A stretch of 20,000 bases of DNA, taken from assembly GCA_051453625.1 (NCBI GenBank), contig JBOZIK010000001.1:16223703-16243702 (forward strand), in the 5' to 3' direction. Shown one piece after another: positions 1 through 10,921 of this stretch (position 1 is the stretch's first letter; each line of letters starts with the position of its first letter). The notes under the pieces were generated by a model. It saw only the letters and a list, made by a program, of their open reading frames with translations, searched no databases and was not told where the DNA came from. This stretch comes from Welwitschia mirabilis. Its lineage: Eukaryota. The position numbers and the translations under genes were made by a program.

Positions 1-881
1 CAATACTTTTGCCATCTCCTATGGCTTAATACTTTGTCGCCTCCTGTGACTGTGTGGGTGCTCCTGCATCAAAACCCAAGACATTGAAACTCACAACTTC
101 TAATTTAAATTAACTATGTTGTGTCTCTCTTTCAAAAAGGGGGAAAAAGGGTCGTATACTCAAGAAAACACTAATAATTATTTCTAACTAAATTTTATAA
201 AGTTCTACTAAAAGATTTTCTTTAGTTTATGTTGTTTTTGAGAACTAATACTCTTCTTGATAAATGATCATAGCTTTTCATTTTTCCAAATTTATTTTTG
301 TAGTTTTAAGTTTTGCAAATACATAATACTCAAGGTGGACTTTTTAAAGTTCTGTCAAATGAAATTTTTTACTAAGAAGCTTGCAGTTTATAAACGTACA
401 AATAAAAATAAGTAAACTATTTCATTTAGAAAGATAAATTGAAATTCTTTCCTTAGAAACCCATTAGAGTTCATGAACCAGTTAGTGGTCTTTAACCTTC
501 AATAAAAATATGACACTTTAAATATTAAAAATTTTTCCACTAATACTTAGTTATGTATATAAATAAGCATATATACAGTCAAAAATGTAAACAGACAGTT
601 AAAATAAAAAATAAAATAAAAACTAATAAGAAAAAGGGGAAATATCAAACAAATAATCGTTGCACTGATTTTTTATGTGCTGAGTAAACCTGTACCACCA
701 AGCTATCCACACGAATATCTCATCCGAAAGTCTCGTTCACAGAAGTTTCGATTGCAACAACTCACCTGCAAAATTATAGTATTTTCCACCACACTTTTGT
801 AGGAAATCTTATCGCAGCTTTCAAGCTTAGCAATTTGCTTATTCAAATGAAAATCTATGAATCACTGTAATTCACTCCATT

Positions 882-1178
882 TCATGTGACACAAGCTGTA
901 GAGAAAGCAGCATGAGTTGCAGGTTGTGATAAAAGGAAGAATGCAAGAAGATCAAACAGATCTGAACTGGAGTCACTACTTCTCCCTCCGTTGCTGGTAT
1001 GATCTTCCTCGAGATCGCTCTTCTTAGTTATTTTACTTGTTCTTTTGAAGGACACAAAGGAAAGAGGTGCAGCAGCTATGACAATAGCGTAGGATTGAGC
1101 TTCAGCTTCCGCGTCCTTGAAAGACTGAAGATCGAAAAGCTCTGAATGGGAATCCCTATCTCTCTGCATTTCCATCAT
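882..1178 (-). CDS. Small 98-aa ORF (or pseudogene remnant) with duplicated DSxS[DE]LFDL motif, resembling the SSSDLFE[LI] motif of BIG GRAIN1-like and PKS-type plant proteins
   Basis: ORF track shows DSHSELFDL and SSDSSSDLFDL. The two motifs form a DNA direct repeat (agaagatcaaacagatctgaa ~946-966; tgaagatcgaaaagctctgaa ~1126-1146). The ORF lies in a CpG-retaining island. Family link rests on the motif only. Confidence 0.3.
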   Translation of the reverse strand: MMEMQRDRDSHSELFDLQSFKDAEAEAQSYAIVIAAAPLSFVSFKRTSKITKKSDLEEDHTSNGGRSSDSSSDLFDLLAFFLLSQPATHAAFSTACVT

Positions 1179-3281
1179 GTTCTTTCATGTTATTCTGCAC
1201 ATAAGTTTTATCACGCGCTACTTCTGTACATCTAGGATTTTCAGAAGGCACATTATTGCACGCGATTTTCGAAACGCGAGTTCTGCTGTTGTTCCTGCGC
1301 TTCGATTCCTCAAGCTAAACAAAGAAGCTACGAATCCTGCCATAGGTCTACACTGAAAACCCATTCTTTGCGTCCGTTTTCTTCATTTCCTTTCTCTCGT
1401 CTGGATTTATTTGATCAGCGGCGCTCGGAAGAAACGAAGCGGAAGAGCAGGAGCAACTTCGCCGTGTCAGCCAACACAGACAAGAAGAAACACTCGCAAG
1501 AGAAGCAAAAATTCACTTACAATTCTCATTCTTTAAATCTGCGATTTCTGTCATCATTCTTTAAATCCAGATTCAAAGATTTCCAGGATTCTGAAATAAT
1601 AATTCGCATTATGAAGTGTAAAATGGAGATGCGGACTGTGGATTACGTAAGAAGATTGTGGATCGAAGCGCGAAAGGAAAAGGACGGACGAGAAAGAGAA
1701 GAAAGAATCACTGTATCTTCTGCAAGAACTTCCAACCGCAAAAGTTCACGATTTTCTGTCTTACTTTTGTCATTTCAGAGTGCTCTGGTTTCATCTTGCG
1801 TACGACGAGTGAAGTGGAGACGCCGCAGGAGTGGTGGTCCATTGTCCATGCTCTGCAAAGGGAAAAAACCCTGTTTTGACAGGCATTGCAGTAAAAAGTG
1901 TCGCCAAGTGCTTTGGTTATGTCTTCGCATGTGAATGGCAAATTGCAGCACATGAAACTTTTGGCTGGTCGACACGGTCGCTACCTATGCGATCCGTACC
2001 ATGTCACGTTTGTAAGTAGAAGGTTTGAAAGTATTCCGTTATGTTTGTAATTGCTGAGTTTTCAAAGCTTGTTATGTTTGTAAGTCTTAGTTTAATTTGT
2101 ACGAATCATAATCATAGTCTAGGTACTGGACATTTGGTGGCTCGATTTATCTGCACCAGAATATTCAAGAGGGAGTTTCGCAGTTTAGTGTAAGTAATAT
2201 ACATCTACGCTTTCTTGTACCATATTGCATAACAAATAAGAGAAATAAGTGCAATACAATTTCTTGTAAACTCATTTATCAAAATAGCAAANNNNNNNNN
2301 NNNNNNNNNNNNNNNNNNNNNNNNNNNNNNNNNNNNNNNNNNNNNNNNNNNNNNNNNNNNNNNNNNNNNNNNNNNNNNNNNNNNNNNNNNNNNNNNNNNN
2401 NNNNNNNNNNNNNNNNNNNNNNNNNNNNNNNNNNNNNNNNNNNNNNNNNNNNNNNNNNNNNNNNNNNNNNNNNNNNNNNNNNNNNNNNNNNNNNNNNNNN
2501 NNNNNNNNNNNNNNNNNNNNNNNNNNNNNNNNNNNNNNNNNNNNNNNNNNNNNNNNNNNNNNNNNNNNNNNNNNNNNNNNNNNNNNNNNNNNNNNNNNNN
2601 NNNNNNNNNNNNNNNNNNNNNNNNNNNNNNNNNNNNNNNNNNNNNNNNNNNNNNNNNNNNNNNNNNNNNNNNNNNNNNNNNNNNNNNNNNNNNNNNNNNN
2701 NNNNNNNNNNNNNNNNNNNNNNNNNNNNNNNNNNNNNNNNNNNNNNNNNNNNNNNNNNNNNNNNNNNNNNNNNNNNNNNNNNNNNNNNNNNNNNNNNNNN
2801 NNNNNNNNNNNNNNNNNNNNNNNNNNNNNNNNNNNNNNNNNNNNNNNNNNNNNNNNNNNNNNNNNNNNNNNNNNNNNNNNNNNNNNNNNNNNNNNNNNNN
2901 NNNNNNNNNNNNNNNNNNNNNNNNNNNNNNNNNNNNNNNNNNNNNNNNNNNNNNNNNNNNNNNNNNNNNNNNNNNNNNNNNNNNNNNNNNNNNNNNNNNN
3001 NNNNNNNNNNNNNNNNNNNNNNNNNNNNNNNNNNNNNNNNNNNNNNNNNNNNNNNNNNNNNNNNNNNNNNNNNNNNNNNNNNNNNNNNNNNNNNNNNNNN
3101 NNNNNNNNNNNNNNNNNNNNNNNNNNNNNNNNNNNNNNNNNNNNNNNNNNNNNNNNNNNNNNNNNNNNNNNNNNNNNNNNNNNNNNNNNNNNNNNNNNNN
3201 NNNNNNNNNNNNNNNNNNNNNNNNNNNNNNNNNNNNNNNNNNNNNNNNNNNNNACATTAATTAACTTCCCTTAAACACCAA

Positions 3282-3311
3282 TATCTATCTATCTATCTAT
3301 CTATGTAGACA

Positions 3312-3361
<50 letters not shown>
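3282..3361. repeat. Compound microsatellite (TATC)5-6 followed by (AC)24
   Basis: Read directly: TATC repeats 3282-3304, AC repeats 3313-3360. Confidence 0.98.
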
Positions 3362-3362
<1 letters not shown>

Positions 3363-3594
3363 TCAAAATTAGAGTTATGTCTCACATGTAACTTAACTGG
3401 TGGTTCAGGCATCTTTGAGATGATGAATTTAGCAATGTACATGCTAAAACACATTATAAATTAAGGAAGAATATGCACTTCATATTGTACATTGTGTTTT
3501 AAAGGGTATAATATAAGCATAGAAGTAAGATGGAGAATAATAAGATGAAATACAAAAATGAAACTATGATGCCATTAATTAACTTGAAGAATGT

Positions 3595-4934
3595 TGTTGT
3601 TGCGATTTGTGGTAATCTTTCTAGTGACTTGAAATAATGACTTAAACAAATTTTTTTAATCCAATAAATATGATCTTTCTAGATCTTAGGTTAAAAAGAT
3701 ATTGAAATAAATATTTAAATTTAATTCTGAAAATGAAATGCTTGCTACTTTTAGAAAACCATAATTAAAAAGAAAGTGATTTTATAAAAAACTATAATAA
3801 AATAATTCTAAAATGTCTTGAAATTAATAGGGGAAAAAACACAGAAAATGATAACCCATTTAGAGAAATAGAAAAATTCCCTTTCTAGATGGATTACAAA
3901 TGAAGAAAATAGAATTGGAAAGTTTTGTAGATTGAACTATCACAATAGAATAAAATGATGTTTTTAAAGCAGTAAATAACATTTTCTGCTAGGTAAAATT
4001 CTAAGATAGAATGATTAATGTGTAAAATATACTTAGAATGATTTAAAGACAAACTTTAATGACTTTAAAAGATGACTTAAAACTTTCAAACTAATTTAGA
4101 CATTTTTCTAAGGAGAGAGAATGATAAATGAAGTAAAGAATTTAGAAATAGACAAATCATAAAATTTACTTATCATCTCAAAAAAAGTAATATAGAAATC
4201 CCCTTTTTAGATAAATTAAAAATAATAGAAATAAAACTAAACAGTTATGTAGATGGAAAATGACAGTTTAGTAAACAAGACAAAACAATTTTGCAAACAA
4301 AACAGGATAGTTTAACAAAGAGAGTTTTCAGAATGAGGAGACAATGCTTTCAAAGTTTTAAATAGCATTTTCAAGTAATCAAATTTTTGAAATGAAATAA
4401 AAAATATATAGAATGCACTTAGAGTAAAATATAACTTACCAGTTTTAGTCTAAGTTAAGCCCTTTAAGAAGTAGAAGTAGGAGAAATCCTTAACTCTTAG
4501 CCTGATGACAATGGATGCATTTGGTTCTTCACCAGAAAGCTCCTTCTAATGATTAGATTATTGAATCTCCTCATTTTTTTTTTATTTTTTTCCCTAGCTC
4601 TTGGAATCGATTTATGTTAAGGAGAGGTAAGTAAGAGGTTAAGAGAATGATGGTACGTGGGAAAATTTATTAGAATTCATTTTAGAGAAAATAGTAATAG
4701 GTGAAAGATATGTGGATTAGAGTTAGAAGTTAATTTGGACTTTTCCTCTTATTTTTGAAGATAGTCATTGAAACTATTCTGAAGTTAAAGTTCTGGAGAT
4801 AGACTTCTAAATACAAACTTCTAAAAATAGACTTCTATACATAGACTTCTAAAAATAGATTTTTGGATATAGATTTCTAAATATAGATTTCTAAATCATA
4901 ACTTATTTTGATGTTTGATGAATTTTTCATCATA
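3595..4934 (-). repeat. 3' LTR of the Tat/Ogre-type element
   Basis: Starts TGTTGTTGCGA at 3595 (element terminal CA) and aligns with 7820 TATTATCATGA onward to ~4565. Extension to ~4934 is inferred from an adjacent minus-strand purine tract (aaaaaagggaataaat, 4935-4950). Confidence 0.7.
4799..4896. repeat. Tandem array of 7 x 14 bp (consensus ATAGA[C/T]TTCTAAAT)
   Basis: Units begin at 4799, 4813, 4827, 4841, 4855, 4869 and 4883. Confidence 0.9.
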
Positions 4935-5084
4935 ATTTATTCCCTTTTTTAAAGCAAAGCATTACTAAGTGCTTTGTGATAAATGTTTTCTGTAATTTAA
5001 TGAAGAACTTGAGAATGATAATACTAGATAAAGAACTAGAACTTCTTGATTGCCCTTATGATTTATTTCTAATAATGCCTTGAT

Positions 5085-7761
5085 CAGATTTCTTCTTCTT
5101 CTTCTTCTTCTTCTTCTTCTTCTTCTTCTTCTTCTTCTTCTTTTTTAATAATCCTGTCATCATGTTTTGAATGTTCCTGGGATGTTCTCCTTCTTGTATT
5201 CTTCCCTGTAAATTAGAAATTTTACTTTCTATAAGATACAGTGTTATATCATGATTGAAAAATATATAATTTTTTGCTAAAATTATGAAATTTTAAAGGA
5301 AAATTAGACCCTTTTTTTTTTTTTTATTCTTTTCAAAATAGATACTAAGGAAATATATATTTTAAAAGTTTTTTCGGTTTTTTATTATTATTACCTTTAT
5401 TTCTTTAGATTCTATTTTTATTTTTAAAATTTTTTCTATTCTTATTTATTTATTCAACTTTTTTCCCTTAATCTATTTGTAAATCTTTATAAGCATCTAA
5501 GAGCTAATAATATTTTATTTTTTATTATATGACATTTTTTTCGGTTTTGTTTTGTCTAATTCAAAGTTAAAAAGTGGTGGAATGAGTGGTTCCTTAAACT
5601 CTTTTTCATCATGAGTCATGGGCGTCGCTTTTAGGATATCTATTTCTAGATGTAATTTTATATCATATTTTTTTATGTATTTTATTTTCTGATGGCATAG
5701 AGAAATTACTATCTTTAAATTGTAAATCCAGATTTTTCATAGAATTAAATTAAATGAGGAACTGCTTCCAAGAACATGGAAATGCATACAATGTATAATG
5801 TTTTCAATTTTTATGTTTAAATCAAGTATACCTAAATTGTACTTTGAATTATCACCCAACCATTATTTTAAAAACCTCTTTTTTATTTAAAAACCTCTTT
5901 TTTATTCATTACTGGTGAATAAAATTTCTTGGTTAATATATAAGATTGATATGTTATTGGGAGAATGCATTTTTATGTCTTAATGCCCAAATTACTTATG
6001 GAATATTTTTGTAGTAGCTTGTTTAAGATTAAAATTGTGCAAATAGTTTTGTTTTATGTTGGATTTGAGACTTGAAACACTATTTTCTTGTCTATTTTCT
6101 AGAGTTTATGTAACCCATTATAAATCTAGTAAGGTTATCCTAATTCATATTAAAAGTGTTTTTAACCATAAAAATGACATAAGTCTTAGTATACATTTAG
6201 ATGACAGCATTCTGTGATTAAGTATAAATATATTCTTTAAAACTCAAGTCTATTAGAAATGTAAAGTTCTTCATTGGAGGCATCTAGTAAGTAATCTAGA
6301 TCAATTTCTCTTTTATTTTACATTATGACTTACACTATATACCTTCATTTCCAACAGTCATTAATGTCATGCTATTTAACTCAGTGATATTAATAATATT
6401 TATTTTAATTGTACCATTTCAGTTTAGGGGCATTTGGACTTTACTATTTTGGTGAATGTAGTTTAATTTCCCCTTCACTAAAGGATAGTATGGATCCAAA
6501 AAAACACATATTTAGCTCTGTAAATTATCTTGTAGGTAATCGATTACTTTTGATAACTGATACTACTTTAAAGACTAGCATGTTATCATTTGTTTTTGGG
6601 TTTGATTGACTTTTAAATGTTGTTTTTAATTCATCATTTTCTTTTTTACTAATTTTTATTTTATAGGTGAGGTTTAGAACTTGTTCAAATGATTCTAATT
6701 TTTGCGTTCTAACTTATTTTTAAACGTAGAATAGAAAAAGCTTTGAGAATAAGTAGCCATTTCTTTTTTAACAATATTAAATTTTAATTAAACGGCTAAG
6801 TTTTCTAACTTTTTTAAAAATTTAGTAATCAATTCATCTCATTTTTTTTTTATGTTAATTAACATTTCTAGTGAAACTGGTGAGGTAAAGTTCATTGAGT
6901 ATTGATTTGAAAAGAACCTAAACATTTTGACTATTTTTGTAATTGAATGTGTAGTTCATTTGAGATATTGTTCAAGCTTTAACCCTTGTAAATATCTACA
7001 AAATAGGTGTAGGCTTATTTTTAAGTTAATTTGATGGAAGGAGCACTCATGTTTAAAGTTTTTAATGTGCATGATAGATTCTTTGGTTCCACTTAACATT
7101 TTGAATTTAAAGAGATTAGCAGGCAAAAGTTTCTTATAAGAAACTAGAGGATGTATGGGGAGTTGATTATATCATCTATTACCTTAGTTGTGGATTGTTT
7201 GACTGACTTTCTTAATTTGTCTTTAGCATGCCAAACTATAGTAAACATATTATATATTTGAATTAATTTGAATATGTTTAACTATTTTCTAGTTATTCAT
7301 CGATAAGATTTTTCTTCATTTATTATAACTCTTCTTTATATAAGGGCTTAAGATGGTGTCCGTTATTTTTATATCTACCAATTTGATCATTTTAATTCTA
7401 TCACCTAGGTGGAGTCCTTTCTTCTCTTTGGGAAAATGTTTTGTACTATTTAATTCCTCCATAATCTCTGATATTATTCTCTATTTTATTCTATTAGCTA
7501 TATTTTTAGTATCACTCAAGAGTTGATTTATTTCTATGCTTTAATCATGTTCAAAAGATGATTCTTCATTAATTGATAAGTTTAATGTCTTCGTAGATAA
7601 TTTATGTGTTCTTAAAGATGAATGGTCTAGGAATGGTGTTAAAAACTCTCTATATTCTATTTCTTTAGTAGTTCTCCTTTTATTACATTTCCTTTACCTT
7701 TTAAAATTATTAGTTTATACTCTTATTTTTCTAATATGGGTGTTTTACTCCTTATCTACAT
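5085..7761 (-). pseudogene. gag: Tat/Ogre-type gag-protease pseudogene
   Basis: Manual translation: M*IRSKT start (7761); gag core FKMLSGTKESIMHIKNFKHEC...LFCRYLQGLKLEQYLK*TTHSI...FSNQYS...LINIKK (~6840-7110); decayed knuckle KWYN*NKYY*YH*VK*HDINDCWK (~6350-6420); protease C-half LGILDLNIKI...FHVLGSSSSFNLIL*KIWIY...CHQKIKY (~5675-5860). Many stops and frameshifts; lower boundary approximate. Confidence 0.85.
5090..5140. repeat. (TTC)17 microsatellite
   Basis: Read directly; reads (GAA)n on the element strand near the end of the decayed polyprotein region. Confidence 0.98.
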
Positions 7762-7797
7762 AGGAATCTTGAATTTTCTATATTAAACAATAAAGAA

Positions 7798-7815
7798 GTC
7801 CTATAGGATGTGCCA
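7798..7815 (-). other. Primer binding site, tRNA-Arg-like
   Basis: Minus strand TGGCACATCCTATAGGAC, 14/18 to TGGCACACCCGGTGGGAC (complement of plant tRNA-Arg(UCU) 3' end, from recall), 4 nt from the LTR edge at 7820. Confidence 0.7.
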
Positions 7816-7819
7816 AAAC

Positions 7820-8822
7820 TATTATCATGATTTGTTGAAACCTTTTTAATGACTTAACTTAAATGCTTAAACAAAATTATTTTATCTAACAAATATGACT
7901 TTTCTAGATCTTTGTCTAAAAGGATATTGAAATAAATGTTTAAATTCAATTTTGAAAATAAAAGACTTGATATTTTTAGAAAATTATAATTAAAGAGAAT
8001 TGATTTTAAAAGGAACTATGATTACATGATTCTTAAATAATTTGAAATTTTAGTAAGAAATTAAAATAGAAAATGATAACTAACTAAAAAATTATGGAGA
8101 AATTACCTTTCTAGATGAATTAAAAATGAATAAAATAGGATGAAAAATTATATATACAAAACTATTATAATAGAATAAAACAATGTTTTCAAAGAAATAA
8201 ATAATATTTCCTATGAGGTTATTAATGTGTAAAATATACTTAGAATAATTTAAAGACAAACTTTAATAACTTTAAAAATATGAATTATAACTTTTAGATT
8301 AATTTGGACCTTTTTATAAAGAGAGAGAATGGTAAATAACTTGAAGAATATAGCAGCAGACAATCACAGAATATGCTTATCATCTTCGAAAAATGATCTC
8401 AAAATTACCTTTTTATAAAAATTGAAAATAGTAAAATAAATGAAATAGTTTTATAAATAAAAGAGAATATTTCTACAAGTGGAAAATGAGAGTCTAGCCT
8501 AGAGAACATAATAGTTTAAGAAATAGAATAGGAGAGTTTAACAGATAGAGCTTTAGAGTGATAAAATAATTATGTAAAAGCATTAAATAGAATTTTGAAC
8601 TAATAAAACTTTTAAGATATAATAAAGAATGTAAATAATGGATTTAAAACAAATTAAAAAAACAATTATTAATTCTTGAAAGATGGCTTTACGTTTTATG
8701 CTAACTTAAAACTTGTAAGAGGTAGGAATAGAAGAAATATGCAACTCTTAGCATGATAATAATGAATGGACTTAATTCTTGATTAGAAAGCTCCTTCTAA
8801 AAGGATGGATGATTATTGAAAA
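7820..8822 (-). repeat. 5' LTR of the Tat/Ogre-type element, truncated at ~8822
   Basis: Aligns with 3595-~4565 (shared ttaatgtgtaaaatatacttagaat, agaaagctccttctaa); similarity stops after gattattgaa. Confidence 0.8.
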
Positions 8823-8824
8823 TC

Positions 8825-9683
8825 TAATTGATAATATCTAACATTATATTTAGAGCATATTTCATGTATATTAAGAGGAATAATCTAAGGCTTAATTAAG
8901 ATGATCACATGGAACATCAAATTTAGAGTTAATAAACCATTTTCTTAAAATATTTTACACTTTCTAACAGATTTAGAGCATCATGAATCAACAATAAAAT
9001 TATAAATGATAATCATTAGGCTAGAATATGAAGCAAAGACTATTGTCCACCTGATTGTCTAGATGACACTCAAGGGAACAACCAAGATGATACTCAAGGG
9101 GATAATTAACAGGATTGAAAGTTATACATCCTATTATCTAGAGCCTATTCTAGAGAATAAAAACCCTTAGAGCAGCCAAATAACTTCTTGAATATAGTCC
9201 TAAAAGTTAATAGAGTATACTATCAAATTCAACACCTTTGAAAGAGATATCAATGTGTTGATTAAGTTAGAAGCCATAATCAAGTTTAGGTGAACTTCTG
9301 ATCTTTATCAATGTACTTGAAAAGGATGAATAAATATTAGTTTTAGTAGAAAAGGCTTCATATGTTAAAAAGAAAAACAATTTTGACATAACTAAGTAGA
9401 GAAAACTAAAGATAACTCATCATTCACATAATCATCTGGACTCAAAAAATGAAAAATAGTATAATGAAGTAGAAACATTATTTTTTCACTTGTAGTTGTC
9501 ACTTAGTCTTCTAGATGACACTAAGGATAACACCAAATGCATGACACTCAACTGTGTTATCATGAAGGTGTGTGGAGGATTAGTAACCATTAGAAATAAA
9601 ATCACCTATTATCCACCCGATCATCTAAGTGATGCATAGATCAACACCATTACTAATGAATGTAAAATGGACTCCATTAGTTA
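8825..9683 (+). mobile_element. Fragment of a Gypsy (Athila-like) LTR related to 14868-15953, interrupted by the Sirevirus
   Basis: Shares ordered motifs with the 14868 LTR (gagcatatttcatgtatatta vs gagttattttccatgtaaatta; tgtccacctgattgtctagatgaca vs cgtccacctaattatccagatcaca). Left boundary approximate. Confidence 0.5.
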
Positions 9684-9825
9684 TATTAGGATTTTATTTT
9701 ATCAATTGATGTCAAACTAATATGATTTTTATAAAATAAAATGTGATTTTACACATGTAAGAAACTATAGGATCTATATCCAAAAGATAACAATATTTGA
9801 ATATGTTCTAATTAAGGCTACTTTA

Positions 9826-10140
9826 TATGGGGTCAACCTAACATTTTTTTAAGGGTGATCGGACTTGTAAGGGCTACTAAACATTTTTGTAAGGATGACC
9901 TAATAAGTAGGTATCCAATCTAAGCCAAGCAAGGGTGACCTAACATTTTTATAAGGGGATATGTAAGAGGTCGACCTAACATTTCAATAAGAGAGACTAG
10001 ATCTGTAAGGGCTACCTAACATTTTTGTAATAAATACCTATTAAGTAGATTACTAAAACTGATCCAAGCAAGGGCAACCTAACATTTCTGTAAGGGTGAC
10101 TAGATCTTGGGTCAACTAATTTTTCAAGGGGTCGACCGAT
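9826..10140 (+). repeat. Repeat array in the Sirevirus U3 (AAGGGTGACCTAACATTTCTGT-type units with GGTCGACC-like cores)
   Basis: Recurrent aaggg...cctaacattt units; ccaagcaaggg recurs at ~9925 and ~10064; same array at ~14545-14867. Confidence 0.85.
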
Positions 10141-10487
10141 CAGTGCGAAAGTATAAATTTTAAAGCAATTTTCTAATCATTACTTCATCAAATCTATCCT
10201 TTAGAAATGTCAGATTCCTTTCCAACGACTCAAGCTATTATATTATAGAGAAATCTATGAATAAGAGGTAACACTCAAAAACTAAGAGCTTAATATTGGA
10301 ATCCATTTTTGAAAAAGGAAGGTTACACTCTTGATCTGAAGGGCTTATCTTGATACTATCATTCTTCTCTCACTCAACACTTACTTTGTATTAAATCTGA
10401 GTAACAAGGTTCTATTATTAGTTCTTTTACTTAAGTAATCTAGAGCATAGAGACTTCATTCTGTCACTCACCATTGTGCATTTTCTA

Positions 10488-10622
10488 AAGGTTGAGACTT
10501 AGCCTGTAAAGGTTCATTTGAAGAGGTTGAGGCTTACCCTAAAAAAGTCCAGTTGAAGAGGTTGAGATTTAGCCTAGAAAAGTCTGCTTTGTAAGGTTGA
10601 AGGTTAGCCTTAAAAAACTAGT
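10488..10622 (+). repeat. Tandem 4 x 35 bp repeat in the 3' part of the Sirevirus LTR
   Basis: GGTTGA anchors at 10490, 10525, 10560 and 10595, each followed by tta[g/c]cct. Confidence 0.85.
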
Positions 10623-10853
10623 GCATAGTGATGCAACAGAAATCCAAAATAGTCTTAGCCATTAACTATCTTCTGAGAGTGGAGTAGAATGTATCCTGAA
10701 CCACTATAAATCTTGTCTTGTGCATTTATTTTGGTTATGCTCTTTGATTTTGTTTTTTTATATTTTTTATGCATAATTTATTTTGATAGTAATAATTCTT
10801 TAAATTTTTAGAAGTTCTATTCAACCCCCCTCTAGGGTTAAAGATCCTACAGA

Positions 10854-10873
10854 TGGTATCAAGGAACCAGGTT
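10854..10873 (+). other. Primer binding site, tRNA-iMet
   Basis: TGGTATCAAGGAACCAGGTT vs canonical TGGTATCAGAGCCAGGTT, 2 nt after the LTR end. Confidence 0.9.
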
Positions 10874-10921
10874 GAGTTAACACTAAGATTTTAACCAATC
10901 TTTGATTCAATAACCCTAACC

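Larger units (their letters stand above)
3595..8822 (-). mobile_element. Degenerate Ty3/Gypsy LTR retrotransposon, Tat/Ogre lineage, non-autonomous (gag plus partial protease, no RT/RH/INT seen)
   Basis: Diverged ~1 kb direct repeats (3595-~4565 vs 7820-~8822), minus-strand PBS at 7798-7815, and minus-strand gag, zinc-knuckle and protease remnants between them. Confidence 0.85.
9684..10851 (+). repeat. 5' LTR of the Sirevirus
   Basis: Starts TATTAGG (TG>TA), matching TGTTAGG at 14404. Ends CTATTCAACCCCCCTCTAGGGTTAAAGATCCTACA, the Sirevirus C-rich terminal signature. Confidence 0.9.

Noticed and set aside
690..1200. miRNA/TAS3-like matches (miR171-like at ~703-722, miR390 site-like at ~1082-1102)
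   Set aside because: Only partial matches, no convincing hairpin, no tasiARF sequence.
1836..1842. GGTCCAT auxin-response core
   Set aside because: A single 7-mer is not significant; it also occurs inside TEs here.
1368..2019. Overlapping Cys/Arg-rich ORFs as defensin-, EPF- or GASA-like peptides
   Set aside because: No signal peptide and no family cysteine spacing; overlapping ORFs are expected in GC-richer DNA.
2205..3257. Long ORFs spanning N runs (also 12086-12610, 12116-12544, 13889-14086, 15917-16483)
   Set aside because: Artefacts of untranslatable gaps.
4950..7800. Endogenous pararetrovirus
   Set aside because: Translation gives Tat/Ogre gag and protease between LTRs with an Arg-type PBS; no movement protein or RT.
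9826..10622. CRISPR-like array
   Set aside because: Degenerate repeats without unique spacers, inside a eukaryotic LTR, with no cas genes.
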